A stretch of DNA of 64,000 nucleotides from Ignavibacteriaceae bacterium (GCA_013359345.1 JABWCA010000002.1:740-64739); one strand, 5' to 3'. Counted from the stretch's first letter, positions 21,520 through 32,730 are shown. The notes: a model not told the origin generated them from the sequence alone. Program-made: numbers and translations.

Positions 21520-21679
21520 ATGTATCAAGAGTTTTTTCCCTTGCGGGAGAAACAGCAACCGGGTTACGGGCCCACGGTGCTAAAATGATACGCAGATGAT
21601 ATCTGAAATAAACCCGGTTTAACAAAGACCGCACATTCATGATGTCATCTGAAAGACATCCCGGATGTGCGGTTTTTTT
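21520..21679 (+). promoter_or_regulatory. SAM-clan riboswitch (SAM-I/IV- or SAM-IV-like architecture) with intrinsic terminator
   Basis: P1 GUAUCA (21522-21527) pairs with UGAUAC (21586-21591). SAM-I core strings AUCAAGAG, CAGCAACC and GGUGCUAAA are present. The P2 hairpin UUUUCCC-uugc-GGGAGAA has no kink-turn. There is no P4 inside the junction; instead a 3' hairpin CAGAU-gau-AUCUG is followed by AACCCGGUU (21611-21619), which is complementary to AACCGGGUU (21557-21565) in P3 and could form a pseudoknot. The terminator is CCGCACAU..AUGUGCGG (21629-21672) plus U7. It lies upstream of metY-metX-thrA. Confidence 0.6.
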
Positions 21680-21737
21680 ATGGCCGCAGTGGAATTTGTG
21701 CCGTATTGCACCACTTAAAAAATGCTAAAAAGGTTGT

Positions 21738-23153
<1,416 letters not shown>

Positions 23154-23163
23154 TGAAATAAAA

Positions 23164-24162
23164 ATGATAAAAGGTAACTACAGGGCTGAAAATCCTTTCA
23201 TTACAGAAGGCGGCATTGAAATCAGGGAGCTGAATATCCGCTACACCACTTACGGTAAGCTAAGTGAAAAAGAAGATAACGTTATATGGATTATTCATGC
23301 TTACACTGCAAACTCGGAAGCACATGACTGGTGGAGCGGACTGGTGGGAGAGGGTAAACTCTTTGATCCCGGCAAACATTTTATTGTATGCGCCAATAAC
23401 CCCGGCTCCTGTTACGGAACCACCGGACCAACTTCCGTCAATCCTGCTACAGGTAAAGTTTACGGAAAGGATTTTCCCCTTGTTACCGTGAGAGATTCGG
23501 CCAGGGTGCTTGATCTGCTGAGGCAGCATCTCGGAATAAGTAAAATAAGGCTTGTTACGGGAGGCTCAATCGGCGGGCAGATAGCTCTTGAATGGGCGGT
23601 GATTAAACCTGAATTATTTGATTACCTTGTTCCCATAGCAACAAATGCCAAACAATCTCCCTGGGCAATTGCCTTTAACGAGGCTCAGCGCATGGCTCTG
23701 GAGGCCGGCTCTTACGGGTTGCAGGCTGCACGGGCTGTAGCGCTTCTTTCATACCGGGGCTATTCAGCTTTTAATCTTACTCAGTCAGAAACAGAAGAGA
23801 AAACAAACGGATTCAGGGCTGCTTCATACCAGAGATATCAGGGTAAAAAGCTTACAGACCGTTTTGATTCAGAAACTTATTACACGCTCAGCAAAGTGAT
23901 GGATTCTCATGACCTTGGCAGAGGGAGAGGCTCCCTGGCAGATGTGCTAAAATCAATAAACGCTCAGACCCTGGTTATTGGTATAAGCTCCGATATACTC
24001 TTTCCCGTTTCTGAGCAGAAGTTTCTTGCCGATAATATCCCCGGAGCCCGGCTTGAAGTGATTGATTCAGATTTTGGCCACGACGGATTTCTTATTGAAA
24101 ACGATAAACTCACAGCCCTGATCAGGGATTTTACAGAAGAGAAGGCACAGAACGATGAGTGA
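23164..24162 (+). CDS. metX: Homoserine O-acetyltransferase MetX
   Basis: Alpha/beta hydrolase with nucleophile elbow GGSIGG. ..NVIWIIHAYTANS..WW..L.G.GK.. is typical of MetX, and the C-terminus carries SDFGHDGFLIE. Confidence 0.9.
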   Translation: MIKGNYRAENPFITEGGIEIRELNIRYTTYGKLSEKEDNVIWIIHAYTANSEAHDWWSGLVGEGKLFDPGKHFIVCANNPGSCYGTTGPTSVNPATGKVYGKDFPLVTVRDSARVLDLLRQHLGISKIRLVTGGSIGGQIALEWAVIKPELFDYLVPIATNAKQSPWAIAFNEAQRMALEAGSYGLQAARAVALLSYRGYSAFNLTQSETEEKTNGFRAASYQRYQGKKLTDRFDSETYYTLSKVMDSHDLGRGRGSLADVLKSINAQTLVIGISSDILFPVSEQKFLADNIPGARLEVIDSDFGHDGFLIENDKLTALIRDFTEEKAQNDE

Positions 24163-26638
24163 AAAGTTTAACAGAATCAAAATTATTAAGTTTGGGGGTT
24201 CATCTGTTGGCTCTCCGGCCAGAATACGTGAGGTTATTCAGGTGTGCAAAGATCTGATAAACAACGGTGAAACTGTTTCTGTCGTTTTCTCGGCATTTCA
24301 GGGTGTTACCGATACACTTATCAGAACAGCCCAAACTGCTGCCGCCGGTGATCACTCTTACGTTAATGAGTTTGAATCGCTGAAAAAAAGGCATACTGAC
24401 GCCTGCCGTGAGCTCGCCGGAGAAGATGCGGCAAAAGAGGAAAAATTCAGCGGGCTCCTGAACGATCTTGAACAGGTGCTTTACGGCATTTATCTTCTGA
24501 AGGAATTAACCCCCCGGAGCCTTGATTATGTTATGAGTTTCGGAGAAAGGCTCTCATGTCTTATAATTTCCGAAGCGTTTAATGCCTCGGGGCAGCAAGC
24601 CGTTTACACAGATGCCCGCCTTCTTGTTAAAACAGATGCGGCTTTCGGCTATGGCAAAGTGAATTTTCAGGAAACCAACAGACTTATAAGAGAATATTTT
24701 GCCGTATCACCGGGGCTTAATATTATCACCGGGTTTATCGGGAGCACGGCAAACAATGAAACCACCACGCTCGGCAGGGGAGGTTCAGATTACACGGCAG
24801 CAATTTTCGGTGCGGCACTCAGAGCCGAAGAAGTGCAGATATGGACCGATGTTGACGGAGTGCTCACGGCTGACCCCAGAAAAGTTAAGGCAGCTTTCAC
24901 GATTGATAGCATCAGCTATTATGAAGCAATGGAAATGTCCCACTTCGGGGCAAAGGTTTTATACCCTCCCACTATTCACCCAGTGCTTCATGATAATATT
25001 CCTATAAGAATCAAGAACACTCTTAATCCTTCACACCCAGGAACCCTGATCACGGGGTCTGATTCAAGCGGAAAAAGGAAAGTGACCGGCATATCATCAA
25101 TTGATAAAGTCACGCTTTTTAAGATAAGCGTCACTGGTCTCGCCTCAATAACCGATATAACTTCAAGAATATTCAGCGTTTTATCTTCAAGATCTGTCAG
25201 TGCACTTCTGGTATCGCAGGCATCATCAGAACAGTCTATCTGCTTTTCCGTTTTACCTGAAAACACCGAAAGAGTTACTGAACTTGTTCAGAATGAACTC
25301 AGGCATGAAATGGCAGATGGCTACATACGTGAATTTATATGTGAAACTGGGGTTTCGCTGCTTGCCGTTGTCGGCGAAAACCTGCTTAATAATCCCGGCA
25401 TATCAGGACAGGTGTTTCAGGCTCTCGGAAAAAACGGCATAAGCATTCTTGCTGCAGCGCAGGGTTCTTCCAGACTGAATATTTCAACTGTCATTAAAAC
25501 GGAAGACCTCTCCAAAGCGCTTAATGCCATTCATGATACATTCTTTCTTTCAGACCGTAAAAGAATTAATCTTTTTATTGCCGGTACGGGACTCATAGGG
25601 AGAACTCTCTTCACTCAGATCAGAAATCAGCTTAATTTCCTTCTTGAAAACCTGAACACAGATCTGAGGATTATCGGTATAGTAAACACACGTAGAATGC
25701 TTATTGATCAGGAGGGAATTGATGTGAATGAGTGGGAAGAAAGGTTTGAAAGGGAAGGAGTTGAAAGGCAGAACGGTGCCTTTTTCAGCAGGATGATATC
25801 ATCCAATCTGCCAAACTCCATTTTCGTTGACTGCACCTCAAGCAGTGAAGTGATGGAAAAATATCTGCAGGTGCTTTCGGCTTCAATATCAATAGTCACT
25901 CCCAACAAGAAAGCTAATTCAAGCTCTTATGACTATTATCTGCAGCTTAAAAAAGCGGCAAGACAGTATAACGTTAAATTTCTTTATGAAACAAATGTGG
26001 GCGCAGGTCTGCCGGTTATAAACACAATAAATGATCTGGTGCTCAGCGGCGACAGTATCCTCAGAATAGAGGGTGTTCTTAGCGGAACCCTAAGCTATAT
26101 TTTCAATAAATTCTCTGAAGGAGGGCGTTTTTCGGATATCCTTAAAGAGTCGCATAAAATGGGATACACCGAGCCTGATCCGCGGGAGGATCTCAGAGGC
26201 ATTGATGCTGCAAGAAAACTTCTGATCCTGGTGCGGGAGGGAGGATACAGGCTTGAGCCTGAAGATATTCAGACAGAGAATCTTATTCCCCCGGGAATAA
26301 GTCCGGATATAACGTCAGAGGAGTTTCTTGAAATTCTTCCCCGCTATGATCACATCTTTGATGAGCTGAGAGAAAAGGCCCGTTCTTCAGGGGGTGTTCT
26401 GAGATATATTGCATCATGGGAGGAGGGTAAAGCTTCTGTAAAACTGAGAGTTGTTGATAAAACTCATCCGTTTTACTGCCTCAGTTCAAATGATAACGTT
26501 ATTTCTCTTAAAACAGTCTATTACAATGAGCGCCCCATGATTGTTCAGGGACCCGGAGCGGGTGCCAGGGTTACCTCAGGCGGTATCCTGGCAGATATTG
26601 TCAGGATTGCAAATTACCTGCAGAATAACGGTTCATGA
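24155..26638 (+). CDS. thrA: Bifunctional aspartate kinase / homoserine dehydrogenase
   Basis: KFGGSSVG aspartokinase motif, ACT region and C-terminal homoserine dehydrogenase (GTGLIG..; ..GAGLPVI..; ..QGPGAG..). 827 aa. An 8-nt overlap with metX suggests translational coupling. Confidence 0.92.
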   Translation: MSEKFNRIKIIKFGGSSVGSPARIREVIQVCKDLINNGETVSVVFSAFQGVTDTLIRTAQTAAAGDHSYVNEFESLKKRHTDACRELAGEDAAKEEKFSGLLNDLEQVLYGIYLLKELTPRSLDYVMSFGERLSCLIISEAFNASGQQAVYTDARLLVKTDAAFGYGKVNFQETNRLIREYFAVSPGLNIITGFIGSTANNETTTLGRGGSDYTAAIFGAALRAEEVQIWTDVDGVLTADPRKVKAAFTIDSISYYEAMEMSHFGAKVLYPPTIHPVLHDNIPIRIKNTLNPSHPGTLITGSDSSGKRKVTGISSIDKVTLFKISVTGLASITDITSRIFSVLSSRSVSALLVSQASSEQSICFSVLPENTERVTELVQNELRHEMADGYIREFICETGVSLLAVVGENLLNNPGISGQVFQALGKNGISILAAAQGSSRLNISTVIKTEDLSKALNAIHDTFFLSDRKRINLFIAGTGLIGRTLFTQIRNQLNFLLENLNTDLRIIGIVNTRRMLIDQEGIDVNEWEERFEREGVERQNGAFFSRMISSNLPNSIFVDCTSSSEVMEKYLQVLSASISIVTPNKKANSSSYDYYLQLKKAARQYNVKFLYETNVGAGLPVINTINDLVLSGDSILRIEGVLSGTLSYIFNKFSEGGRFSDILKESHKMGYTEPDPREDLRGIDAARKLLILVREGGYRLEPEDIQTENLIPPGISPDITSEEFLEILPRYDHIFDELREKARSSGGVLRYIASWEEGKASVKLRVVDKTHPFYCLSSNDNVISLKTVYYNERPMIVQGPGAGARVTSGGILADIVRIANYLQNNGS

Positions 26639-27896
26639 TAAGATCGTAGTACTTTTTATCGGCTTTAAATGAGATAATCACTTTATCTTCGTCATACTGT
26701 GTGTCCAGAACCTTGGCGACTTCATGAATGGTTGATATGGTTTTATAATCATTCATATTTATGCTGAGAGTCTCCCTGAAAAAGTTCTGCTCAGAGGCTG
26801 TGAGGATTTTATCTTTCAGCTTTGTAACCCCGAATCCCTTTGTGGCGGATATCAGGATACTCTCAGGATATTTGTTTCTGAGGTAAGAAAGTTTATCGCT
26901 GTCATCAATAAGATCTATTTTATTAAAGACTTTAATTATGATTTTATCCTCACACCCCAGATCTTTAAGTGTCTGATTCACAACGTTGATATGGTCTTCA
27001 TAAAACTCATGGGGGGTATTGATTACATGAAGCAGAATATCAGCCTCTCTCACTTCGCTCAGAGTGCTTTTGAATGAAGCCACAAGGTGATGCGGCAGCT
27101 TTCTGATGAACCCGACAGTATCGCTCAGGAGCATATTCGCGTTTTTCTCGAGATTTAGCTGACGTGTGGTTGAATCAAGCGTTGCAAACAGTTTGTCTTC
27201 GGCAAGAATTCCGGCATCGGTCAGCAGATTAAAAAGAGTTGATTTGCCTGCATTAGTGTAACCCACCAGTGCAATTTTGGTATAATCTTTTCTCCCTTTA
27301 GTCTGCGTGAGGCGGTTTTCTTCAATCTTTTTTAATCTGTCTTTTAACACTTCTATCTTATCGCGAATAATACGGCGGTCTGTTTCAATCTGGGTTTCAC
27401 CGGGTCCTTTTGTGCCGATGCCGCCGTACTGCTTTGAAAGGTGGGTCCATGCCCTTGTCAGTCTGGGGAGCATATACTCAAGCTGGGCAAGCTCCACCTG
27501 ATTTCTCGCTTCCTTTGTTCTGGCTCTGAGTGCAAAAATATCAAGAATAAGACCGCTGCGGTCAAGCACCTTTTTGTTGAAAAGCCGTTCAAGGTTTCTG
27601 ACCTGCACCGCAGAAAGATCGTCATCAAAGATTACGAGATCGATATCATTTTCATCAATATAAAGTTTTATCTCTTCAGCCTTCCCTTTTCCGATGTAGA
27701 AGGCTGAATCAAAGTAGCTTCGGTCCTGAATAATTCTTAATACCGCTTCACCGCCTGCGGTTATTGTCAGTTCTTCAAGTTCATCGAGGTGATCATTCAC
27801 CAGTTCATCGCTGATATCCCTTGTTTTGACCGCAACCAGTACGGCCTTCTCTTTTTTCTGGCTGATTATTTCTATCATATATTTGTGTTCTGTCAA
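26601..27896 (-). CDS. hflX: GTPase HflX
   Basis: N-terminal HflX domain with ..DRSGLILDIFALRARTKEA..QVELAQL... G1 GYTNAGKST, G3 DTVGF and G4 NKID. The alternative start MIEII.. is 6 codons downstream. Confidence 0.93.
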   Translation of the reverse strand: MTEHKYMIEIISQKKEKAVLVAVKTRDISDELVNDHLDELEELTITAGGEAVLRIIQDRSYFDSAFYIGKGKAEEIKLYIDENDIDLVIFDDDLSAVQVRNLERLFNKKVLDRSGLILDIFALRARTKEARNQVELAQLEYMLPRLTRAWTHLSKQYGGIGTKGPGETQIETDRRIIRDKIEVLKDRLKKIEENRLTQTKGRKDYTKIALVGYTNAGKSTLFNLLTDAGILAEDKLFATLDSTTRQLNLEKNANMLLSDTVGFIRKLPHHLVASFKSTLSEVREADILLHVINTPHEFYEDHINVVNQTLKDLGCEDKIIIKVFNKIDLIDDSDKLSYLRNKYPESILISATKGFGVTKLKDKILTASEQNFFRETLSINMNDYKTISTIHEVAKVLDTQYDEDKVIISFKADKKYYDLIMNRYSAGNLQS

Positions 27897-27902
27897 AAAT
27901 CC

Positions 27903-30473
27903 TTATTTAAGTAAAACCATTTTGATAACTGATTCGCTGCCGCCGGATATCAGTCTGCAGAAATACACTCCTGAGTTAAGTGAAGCTCCGCTGAATGTGA
28001 AGCTGTGCGATCCCGCTTTCAGATACCCGTTATGCAGCAGTGCAACTTCACTGCCCGCCACATCATAAACCCTGATACTGGTTTCGCCCCCTTTAACGAG
28101 ATCAAGCCTGATGGCTGTTGAAGGGTTGAAAGGATTCGGATAGTTCTGATAAAGCCTGTATGACTTTATGCTGCTTTCCCCGTCCTCAATACCCAGCAGA
28201 GGCGAAATATCTGCCATATACATTGATCTTCCGTGAGTTGCAGCCACAAGTTTTTTAGTCGGTTGATGCAGTATCAGATCAAATACGGGCGAATTCGGCA
28301 GGCCTATACCGGCAACGCTCCATGTCGTGCCCAGGTTTTTAGTGTAAAACACACCGGCATCAGTACCGACTATAAGCAGTGAATCAGATGAAAAATCGAC
28401 CTGAATTGAGTTCACAGGTATATCGGGAAGGTTGCCGCTGATATCGGTCCAGGATGCTCCGTAATCTGTTGTTCTGAACACATGCGGGTTTGTGTTATCA
28501 AGGTTGTATCCTGAAAGAGTGACGTATGCTACCGCGGGGTTTCTTCTGTCAGCCACCACATCAGTGATGTAACGGTTCGGAAGATTGCCCGTGACATCGG
28601 TCCATGTCGAACCCGAGTTGGTTGAGACCGATACTTTGGCATCGTCGGTGCCGGCATAAATAACTCTGGTCTGGGTTGATGGGATCAGCTCTGCAGAGAT
28701 TGTGGTTATTGTTCCGAGTCTGCCGTTTGGACCGCGGGTAAGATCGGGGCTTATTGCAGTCCAGCTGTTTCCGCGGTTTGTTGTTTTGAATAATTTGTAT
28801 GAACCGAAGTAAAGTATGGTCGGTTCGGCGGGGTCAATGATATAAGGTGACGACCAGTTTGTTCTGGTGAGGTCGAGTCCGCTGGTGATTGAGCTGAAGT
28901 TGCTGCCTCCGTCTGTGCTTCTTCCGAGACCGCCAAACTGATACTCCGCATAAATTATATTTGAATTAGTATAGTCAACCTGGGTATGGAAGCCGTCACC
29001 GCCATAGATAAAATCCCAGTCTGAAAGTCCTCCGGTCCATGTTCTCATGGTGCCGTTGTCCTGGGTTCCTCCGTAAAGTCTGTCGGGATTCAGATAATCA
29101 ATTGTTGCGGCATAAAACTGAGAGATGGGCAGGTCATATTTTTTATTCCAGATATTACCGCCATCGGTTGAAATAAAGAACCCGCCGTCATTTCCGACAT
29201 AAATCACATTGGTGTTCTGAGGATTGATCCAGAACGGATGCTGATCGGGGTGCTGCTGTTCAAAAGTGCCGCTATAAGAGTTGGTTATGTTTATCCATGA
29301 AGTGCCGCCGTCGGTGCTTCTCAGAAGATCAATTTCTCCTAATATAATCTTATTGGGATCATCAGGGTAAACCTCTATTTCGCCGAAGTACCAGCCGAAG
29401 TTTGAGAACTCGCCCGGCAGAATTCCGTTTGGCATTCTGGTCCAGCTTGCTCCTTTGTTGGTTGATTTATAAAATCCGTAGAATACATTTATCGTGCCGT
29501 TTGCAGAATTTGAAGTTTTGTAAAGTGCATAAACAATGTTGGGGTCAGAAGGTGCAACAGCAATGCTTATTCTCCCTATTGTATTGTTATTGACGGGTAA
29601 GCCTGTTAACTGGTTGGTCCATGTGGTGCCGCCGTCGGTCGACAGATATATTGATGAAGATGCTCCTGCCGCTTTACGGAATGTCGGACCTCTCAGCCTT
29701 TCCCACATGGCGCAGTAAATTCTGTTGGGGTCAGTGGGGTCGAGTTCAACGTCAATTGCTGAAGTTGAATCATTAACGAATAACACTTTGTTCCATGAGG
29801 CGCCCGCATCGGTTGATTTATAGAGGCCCCTCTCGGGGCCCTTTGAATAAAGCCCGCCTGAAACTGCAGCATAAACAAGATTTGAGTTTAACGGATGTAC
29901 TTTTATTTCACCGATGTGCCGGGAGTTTTCAAGCCCCGAAAGGAACCAGGTTTCACCTGCATCAGTTGATTTCAGCATTCCGAATCCCGCGTATGAATCT
30001 GTACTGATATTTGCCTCTCCGGTTCCGAGGTATAAAACGGAGGGGTTATTGGGATCAATTTCAAGCGCGCCCACAGAAAGGCTGGGGAAAAAGTCAGTTT
30101 TGGGTATCCATGTATTTCCGCCGTCAGTTGATTTAAATAAACCGCCCGCCGCAGCGCCTATGTAAATGGTGTTTATATTCGTGGGGTCAACTGCAAGGCC
30201 TGTTATTCTTCCGCCTATGTTATATGGTCCTGCGGGCAGCCATTCAACTGTTGAAATCCTGTCGGCCTCCCTTACCATTTTTTCTTTATCCTGCATTGCT
30301 TTGAGATATCTTTCATGAGGAATCTCTGTTCCGGGATAAGCTCTCTGATAATGAAACCATTCAGAGGGGATAAATTTTGCTTCGGCAGGCTTTTTATATT
30401 CCGTGTTTCTGATTAAAAATAAAGCCGGCAGCAGAATCAGTACCGACGCAAGGAGGAGCACAGTTTTTTTCAT
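27903..30473 (-). CDS. Secreted multi-BNR/Asp-box (sortilin/VPS10-like) beta-propeller protein with T9SS C-terminal sorting domain
   Basis: It has a signal peptide and many SxDxGxxW boxes (STDGGNTW, STDAGETW, STDAGASW, STDGGTTW, STNKGASW, STDGGTSW, STDGGNIW, STDGGSNF, TTNRGNSW, STNSGSTW, TTDYGASW..). The C-terminus ..LYQNYPNPFNPSTAIRL..VYFCRL... has the form of a Por secretion tail. Confidence 0.8.
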   Translation of the reverse strand: MKKTVLLLASVLILLPALFLIRNTEYKKPAEAKFIPSEWFHYQRAYPGTEIPHERYLKAMQDKEKMVREADRISTVEWLPAGPYNIGGRITGLAVDPTNINTIYIGAAAGGLFKSTDGGNTWIPKTDFFPSLSVGALEIDPNNPSVLYLGTGEANISTDSYAGFGMLKSTDAGETWFLSGLENSRHIGEIKVHPLNSNLVYAAVSGGLYSKGPERGLYKSTDAGASWNKVLFVNDSTSAIDVELDPTDPNRIYCAMWERLRGPTFRKAAGASSSIYLSTDGGTTWTNQLTGLPVNNNTIGRISIAVAPSDPNIVYALYKTSNSANGTINVFYGFYKSTNKGASWTRMPNGILPGEFSNFGWYFGEIEVYPDDPNKIILGEIDLLRSTDGGTSWINITNSYSGTFEQQHPDQHPFWINPQNTNVIYVGNDGGFFISTDGGNIWNKKYDLPISQFYAATIDYLNPDRLYGGTQDNGTMRTWTGGLSDWDFIYGGDGFHTQVDYTNSNIIYAEYQFGGLGRSTDGGSNFSSITSGLDLTRTNWSSPYIIDPAEPTILYFGSYKLFKTTNRGNSWTAISPDLTRGPNGRLGTITTISAELIPSTQTRVIYAGTDDAKVSVSTNSGSTWTDVTGNLPNRYITDVVADRRNPAVAYVTLSGYNLDNTNPHVFRTTDYGASWTDISGNLPDIPVNSIQVDFSSDSLLIVGTDAGVFYTKNLGTTWSVAGIGLPNSPVFDLILHQPTKKLVAATHGRSMYMADISPLLGIEDGESSIKSYRLYQNYPNPFNPSTAIRLDLVKGGETSIRVYDVAGSEVALLHNGYLKAGSHSFTFSGASLNSGVYFCRLISGGSESVIKMVLLK

Positions 30474-30740
30474 TTAGATTTAAATCCGTTAATTTTTTTT
30501 ATGTCAGTGTTAAATTTAATCATCTTGGTACAAATTATTTTGGGATTAATTAATGAACCTCAGTGAAATATCAGATCCGGCATTACTCCGTATAATAAAT
30601 GCTTTCAATGGCTGCAGATAAAATCAGGTCGCCATCTTATGCGTATACCTGATAACAGAAATCAGCAGAAGATTTTTATTAAAAACAGAATAATCCTTCT
30701 TAATTTTGTTTATCTCAAATAAATATTGCGGGTAATCTTA

Positions 30741-31289
30741 ATGAACCTTGATCAATTGCTGGCTTCGGTCAGAGAGCAGACCGGATATAATCTTAAACGG
30801 CTGGAAGAAAAATTTTCCGGTATGGATGAAGAAACTCTTAATAAAAAACCTTCGGCAAATAGCTGGAGTCCGGCTGAATGTTTTAATCATCTTATTGTAT
30901 CAAACCACCTCTATCTTAAACACTTTCCCGGTATAACAGATAAAAACAGGGATAAAATGAGGACCTCATCTGAATACAAGCCGACGCTCACCGGTAAGAT
31001 TCTTGTTTCAATGGTCAATCCGGAAAATGTTAAAAAAGGAAAAGCCCCGGGATTCATGGATCCTTCAAAAAGCACTGTTAAGGCAGGTGTTGTTGAAAGG
31101 CTGCAGGAAGACTGTAAAAAGATACTCAGCATTGCTGATGTTTCAGAACAGCTGGATCTTAATAAAATCAAAGTGCCTCTGAGTGTCACATCGCTGATAA
31201 AGCTTTCTCTGGCAGACACCCTCCTGATGCTGGCTCACCACTGCACAAGGCATATTAACCAGGCTGAGCGTGCGGCAGGAATCAAGTAA
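30741..31289 (+). CDS. DinB-family (four-helix-bundle, metal-binding) protein
   Basis: ..WSPAECFNHLIVSNHLYL.. and ..LAHHCTRHINQAE.. form the conserved His triad pattern of DinB_2. The ATG at 30741 is preferred over the TTG at 30726. Confidence 0.65.
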   Translation: MNLDQLLASVREQTGYNLKRLEEKFSGMDEETLNKKPSANSWSPAECFNHLIVSNHLYLKHFPGITDKNRDKMRTSSEYKPTLTGKILVSMVNPENVKKGKAPGFMDPSKSTVKAGVVERLQEDCKKILSIADVSEQLDLNKIKVPLSVTSLIKLSLADTLLMLAHHCTRHINQAERAAGIK

Positions 31290-31320
31290 AAATTTATTAA
31301 GAGCAGGAAGTCTTTAAAGC

Positions 31321-31351
31321 AAAAAACCCCGGCATGACCGGGGTTTCTTTT
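31321..31351. terminator. Bidirectional hairpin terminator between convergent genes
   Basis: AAAAAA-CCCCGG-catga-CCGGGG-TTTCTTTT. Confidence 0.7.
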
Positions 31352-32387
31352 ATCTCATAAACTTTGGTTCTTCAAGAGTCAGGATCAGGGAAATACGATG
31401 GCTATCGGGGAGCCTTTCATTTTCAGACATATTGAATCTTGCGAAAGAGTAATCTATATTCAGTTTGGGGAGTTTAACGCCGGCACCTATAGTGAACTGT
31501 TTAACGTCGTTATAACCGGCTCTTATCATGAAGAGGTTTTTGAATGAATATTCAAAGCCTATATGGGGATCAATGCTCACGGGACCAAGGTTAAACTGTG
31601 AAGCAAAATTTCTTCCTTCAAATCTCATATCAAGATCAACCGAAGGCATAAGCACACCGCCGGGCACATTCAGTCTGTAAGCAGCACCTATTTTTGCTGT
31701 CGGGCTTACCAGTTCATTTCTTCCTGTGCTCCATGCCACCAGCGTGGTGGTTGCGTCCTGCAGATTGGCGCCCAGATAGAGATTTTCCATCGGCATGTAG
31801 ATTGCACCCACATCAAAACCGAATCCTGTTGCGCTGAATTCTGCGATGTCTCTTTTAACCACCTTAAGGTTAACGCCAAGATAAAGCTCGTCACTTATTC
31901 TTTTTGCACCGGTTAAATAGATTGCCCAGTCCTGATTGCTGAATTCGGAGATTTTGGAGTAATCTAGCCTGTCATCTTTGTTAATATCAAGTATGCCGTC
32001 GCCATTGGCATCATACAGAGCGTTTCGTGTGTCTTTTATTCCGTCAACGGCAAGCCTTACTGCGCTTACGCCAAAAGAAAAATCTTTGCCGTATGGAATT
32101 GCAACTGCACCATAATTGTAATTTACAAGGTTTCCGTAGCGCTCGTCATGCATAAGCGAAAGCTGCGGATAATTGATGTGAGCAAGCCCTGCCGGATTGT
32201 AATAACCAGCAGTGATATCATTGGCAACGGCAACAAATGCTCCGCCCATTCCGAGCGGCCTTCCGCCGACACCGATAGCCATGAACTCACCGGCATATTT
32301 ACCGATCACAGTCTGCGCCTGCAAAGGAATTGCAAAAAACAGGCTTAATATTAACAGGACTTTCTTACTGTTCTTTAAGAACATCAA
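31350..32387 (-). CDS. Outer-membrane beta-barrel, PorV/PorQ-like family
   Basis: Signal peptide, then ..GEFMAIGVGGRPLGMGGAFVAVANDITAGYYNPAGLA.., the characteristic N-terminal motif of PorV/PorQ/UPF0164-type barrels. Alternating beta-strand pattern throughout. Confidence 0.55.
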   Translation of the reverse strand: MMFLKNSKKVLLILSLFFAIPLQAQTVIGKYAGEFMAIGVGGRPLGMGGAFVAVANDITAGYYNPAGLAHINYPQLSLMHDERYGNLVNYNYGAVAIPYGKDFSFGVSAVRLAVDGIKDTRNALYDANGDGILDINKDDRLDYSKISEFSNQDWAIYLTGAKRISDELYLGVNLKVVKRDIAEFSATGFGFDVGAIYMPMENLYLGANLQDATTTLVAWSTGRNELVSPTAKIGAAYRLNVPGGVLMPSVDLDMRFEGRNFASQFNLGPVSIDPHIGFEYSFKNLFMIRAGYNDVKQFTIGAGVKLPKLNIDYSFARFNMSENERLPDSHRISLILTLEEPKFMR

Positions 32388-32511
32388 ATCTCCAAATGAT
32401 TATTATCAGGGGTGTTAAGTTTCAGAATTTAAAGTTAATAGTCAAGTCTTTAAAACAGTATTCATGAAACTAAAATAATTAAATCTCATCTAACGGACAA
32501 TAAAGAATTTA

Positions 32512-32730
32512 ATGGTACAAATGAGAAAACACTTAACAACCAAAAATATACTGAGAACTCTGGCAATTCTTGGCGGTGCCGCAGCCGGTTATGCATACTA
32601 TTATTTCGTCGGATGTTATAACGGCTCATGCGCAATTCAGAGTAATCCCTGGTTTTCAACCTTTTACGGCGCGTTCATTGTGGCCGTTTTAGTGATACCC
32701 GTTAAGAAAAAGAGCAGCCCGCAGACTTAA
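32512..32730 (+). CDS. Small two-TM membrane protein with a CxxGxC motif (hypothetical)
   Basis: 72-aa ORF with two hydrophobic segments flanking YFVGCYNGSCAIQSNPW. No function can be assigned. Confidence 0.4.
   Translation: MVQMRKHLTTKNILRTLAILGGAAAGYAYYYFVGCYNGSCAIQSNPWFSTFYGAFIVAVLVIPVKKKSSPQT

Noticed and set aside
21690-21735. SAM-II/SAM-V-like motif (..AAAAAAUGCUAAAAAGG) as a second SAM riboswitch in the metY leader
   Set aside because: Only a short GCUAAAAA-like string resembles SAM-II. I could not build the required H-type pseudoknot between the hairpin loop and the 3' tail. It is kept only as an unclassified leader element in the findings.
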